Source: Bacteroidaceae bacterium (GTDB taxonomy: Bacteria > Bacteroidota > Bacteroidia > Bacteroidales > Bacteroidaceae). From it: a stretch of DNA of 64,000 nt. Under the pieces are notes generated by a model. It was not told the DNA's origin, made no database searches, and saw only the letters and a program-made list of their open reading frames with translations. Below are positions 62,882 to 64,000 of the stretch, in pieces. The stretch is from positions 2,467 to 66,466 of the forward strand of contig JBGVOS010000040.1 in assembly GCA_045126595.1 (NCBI GenBank). The letters are read 5' to 3'. A program made the position numbers and the translations under genes. Each line of letters opens with the position of its first letter. The stretch's first letter is position 1.

Positions 62882-63143
62882 ATGAAACTTACTCATCCCT
62901 GCCCGCTGGGCACCTTTATCGTAGGGGAGCGCATGGCGCTCGGCTGCCCTGTCAAGACCTTCTGCCGCGAATGTGGTATCACCGTGAAGACCTATTACCG
63001 TCTGTTGGGGGGAAAAAGCTACGCTCACGAGCTATGCTAAGGTAATAGACTACCTATACTATGCCCACCAACCGGACGAACGGGCCAACTTTGCCATGGC
63101 ATTCGTGAGGGCTTTCATGCCACTGCGCCACGGCTGCCACTAA
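62882..63143 (+). pseudogene. Small HTH-like gene interrupted by a frameshift in a G6A5 homopolymer tract
   Basis: The frame from the ATG at 62882 gives MKLTHPCPLGTFIVGERMALGCPVKTFCRECGITVKTYYRLLGGKSYAHELC* (stop at 63038). The +1 frame continues from the tract at 63007-63017 as ...GEKATLTSYAKVIDYLYYAHQPDERANFAMAFVRAFMPLRHGCH* (stop at 63141). One fewer G fuses them. A TAtaTTTG box sits at 62828-62835. Confidence 0.45.
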
Positions 63144-63284
63144 CTTTTACACCCCTTATAGGGAGAAAATAAATATCAATATATAATAGTATCACGATAT
63201 ATACCTATTATATCGACTATAGGGAGTCGCCCCGCGCGGGCCGACCGTGGCGTTGTGGCAGGGAAGCGGGGAGCGGGGAACGGC

Positions 63285-63390
63285 CCCTACACCCTAACCC
63301 CTAAACACTACACACTAAACCCTACACACTAAACCCTAAACCCTAAACACTAAACTCTAAACCCTAAACTCTAAACACTACACGCTAAAC
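63285..63390. repeat. Heptamer array in the opposite (CCCTAAA/CACTAAA/CACTACA) orientation
   Basis: cctacaccctaacccctaaacactacacactaaaccctacacactaaaccctaaaccctaaacactaaactctaaaccctaaactctaaacactacacgctaaac. It is inverted relative to 62458-62731. Confidence 0.9.
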
Positions 63391-63403
63391 AAAAAAAACA
63401 ATG

Positions 63404-63497
63404 GAGTGAACGCCGAAAATCACTCTACTGCTTTTCGGAAAACAATAGAGTGAACTTCAAAAATCAGTAGAGTGATTTTTAGAAAACATTAGAGCGA
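63404..63497. repeat. Iteron-like GAGTGA motifs phased at 22 nt
   Basis: GAGTGA at 63404, 63448 and 63470, and GAGCGA at 63492. An inverted copy (tcactc) sits at 63420-63425. Each lies in a shared context aacaatRgagtgaac / gtagagtgat / ttagagcgat. Confidence 0.7.
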
Positions 63498-63500
63498 TTT

Positions 63501-63707
63501 TCACGGCTCGCCCAGGTACTCGAAGATAATCTGTACCTGACGACGGGTGAGGCGGCGCGAGGCACGCTGGTAGCCCACGCGCTCGAGGGCGGGCAGCAGG
63601 CCGTGGGCCGAAGTGATGTACTTGTGTAACAGGCGCAGGGCCGAGGAGCGCGGGGCACCAGGGAAGTAGAGCTGGGCAAGGTCGCTCTTGGTTAATGATT
63701 GTATCAT
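63501..63707 (-). CDS. DUF4248 domain-containing protein
   Basis: 68-aa ORF ...LTKSDLAQLYFPGAPRSSALRLLHKYI......L.ALERVGY....R.LT.RQV..IFEYLGEP, the DUF4248 pattern commonly found next to VirE-like genes at Bacteroidales capsule loci. Confidence 0.75.
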   Translation of the reverse strand: MIQSLTKSDLAQLYFPGAPRSSALRLLHKYITSAHGLLPALERVGYQRASRRLTRRQVQIIFEYLGEP

Positions 63708-63852
63708 CTGTGAACCTACTTTTACCCTATAAAATTACAAAAAAATTGCGAGACGAGCAACGGATAAGAACTTTATTTTCAACAATTTCAAAAGTAATCT
63801 ACAGAACTTACGTTATCTCTCATCTGCGGAACGAGAGGGTGATAGGATGTAG

Positions 63853-63940
63853 TACCTTTGCAATAGAAATAAAGAGGGTAACACCTCTTTTGAGTCCTTG
63901 GCCAGGACTTGTAATGTGGGCGCCCACATTACTTTCTATT
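63853..63940 (+). ncRNA. Candidate small RNA: TAccTTTG box, three consecutive hairpins, the last followed by TTTCTATT
   Basis: Box at 63853-63860. Hairpins are aaagagg/cctcttt (63871-63890), agtcc..ggact (63893-63909) and the 22-nt palindrome gtaatgtgggcgcccacattac (63911-63932). No convincing ORF covers this region. Confidence 0.3.
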
Positions 63941-64000
63941 GTGAGTAACGGCTGCGCCTCGGCATAATTCATGCAAGCATGATTCTGCTCTCGGCTTGCT

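Noticed and set aside
62768-63028. 86-aa minus-strand ORF between the heptamer arrays
   Set aside because: The opposite (+) strand shows a promoter box and two protein-like frames that join across a homopolymer tract. The minus-strand translation has no recognisable features.
41841-63390. Heptamer and TTCGT+hairpin arrays considered as CRISPR arrays
   Set aside because: Repeat units are 7 nt or ~20 nt with no 25-40-nt unique spacers between constant repeats. There are no cas genes and no leader. The architecture is incompatible with CRISPR.
63695-63967. 90-aa plus-strand ORF at the window end
   Set aside because: It spans a promoter-like box and three hairpins, and its sequence has no protein-like features. 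The region is better explained as non-coding (sRNA/terminator candidate).

Overview
This window is a Bacteroidales-type chromosome segment, probably Prevotella/Segatella-like. The evidence is TAnnTTTG -7 promoter boxes, a T9SS cargo protein, DUF1573/DUF4248/VirE-type genes and the overall gene content; no database search was possible.

**1-38.3 kb: ordinary housekeeping genes.**
- The str/S10 ribosomal operon lies on the minus strand: rpsL-rpsG-fusA-rpsJ-rplC-rplD-rplW-rplB(partial).
- It is followed by an LpxL-like acyltransferase, purD, alkaline phosphatase, argR-argC, prfB, nadB, topA, aroK, an Lrp/AsnC regulator, a C26-M19 peptidase fusion, sdaA, tex, hisS, a 1268-aa T9SS cargo protein, purA, fur, an S8 protease/DUF1573/lipoprotein cluster and ompA.

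**38.4-63.7 kb: an accessory minus-strand surface-polysaccharide locus.**
- It encodes wza, a wzc-type tyrosine kinase, GT4/GT2/GT8 glycosyltransferases, a Wzy-like polymerase, an acyltransferase, LicD and an XAT acetyltransferase. It is headed by DUF4248 and VirE/primase-like genes.
- Embedded in it are:
  - (i) an orphan PqqD / nucleotidyltransferase / HprK-like kinase trio;
  - (ii) an Avd-like four-helix-bundle gene;
  - (iii) a DarT-DarG toxin-antitoxin pair;
  - (iv) a DUF3791-DUF3990-DUF3791 operon whose middle protein carries a PARP-like H-Y-E motif set.

**Most unusual signal (non-coding).** Almost every intercistronic gap in the GC-rich part of the locus is filled by low-complexity arrays of two kinds:
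- degenerate heptamers that resemble telomere repeats (TTTAGGG/TGTAGGG/TTTAGTG, GGTTAAG/GGTGAAG, CCGTTAA);
- roughly 20-nt units made of a constant TTCGT(A) plus a variable 5-6 bp hairpin.

These arrays:
- occur as inverted pairs around genes;
- encode the stop codon and last residues of several genes;
- bracket the four-helix-bundle gene and a nearly deleted second copy of it;
- flank the DarTG/DUF3990 island as about 90% identical direct repeats;
- appear in-frame inside the VirE-like ORF.

A separate REP/MITE-like palindromic family (TGTCATCCTGAGC...CTTCGTTCAGGATGACA) has six copies. No rRNA, tRNA or CRISPR array was found.
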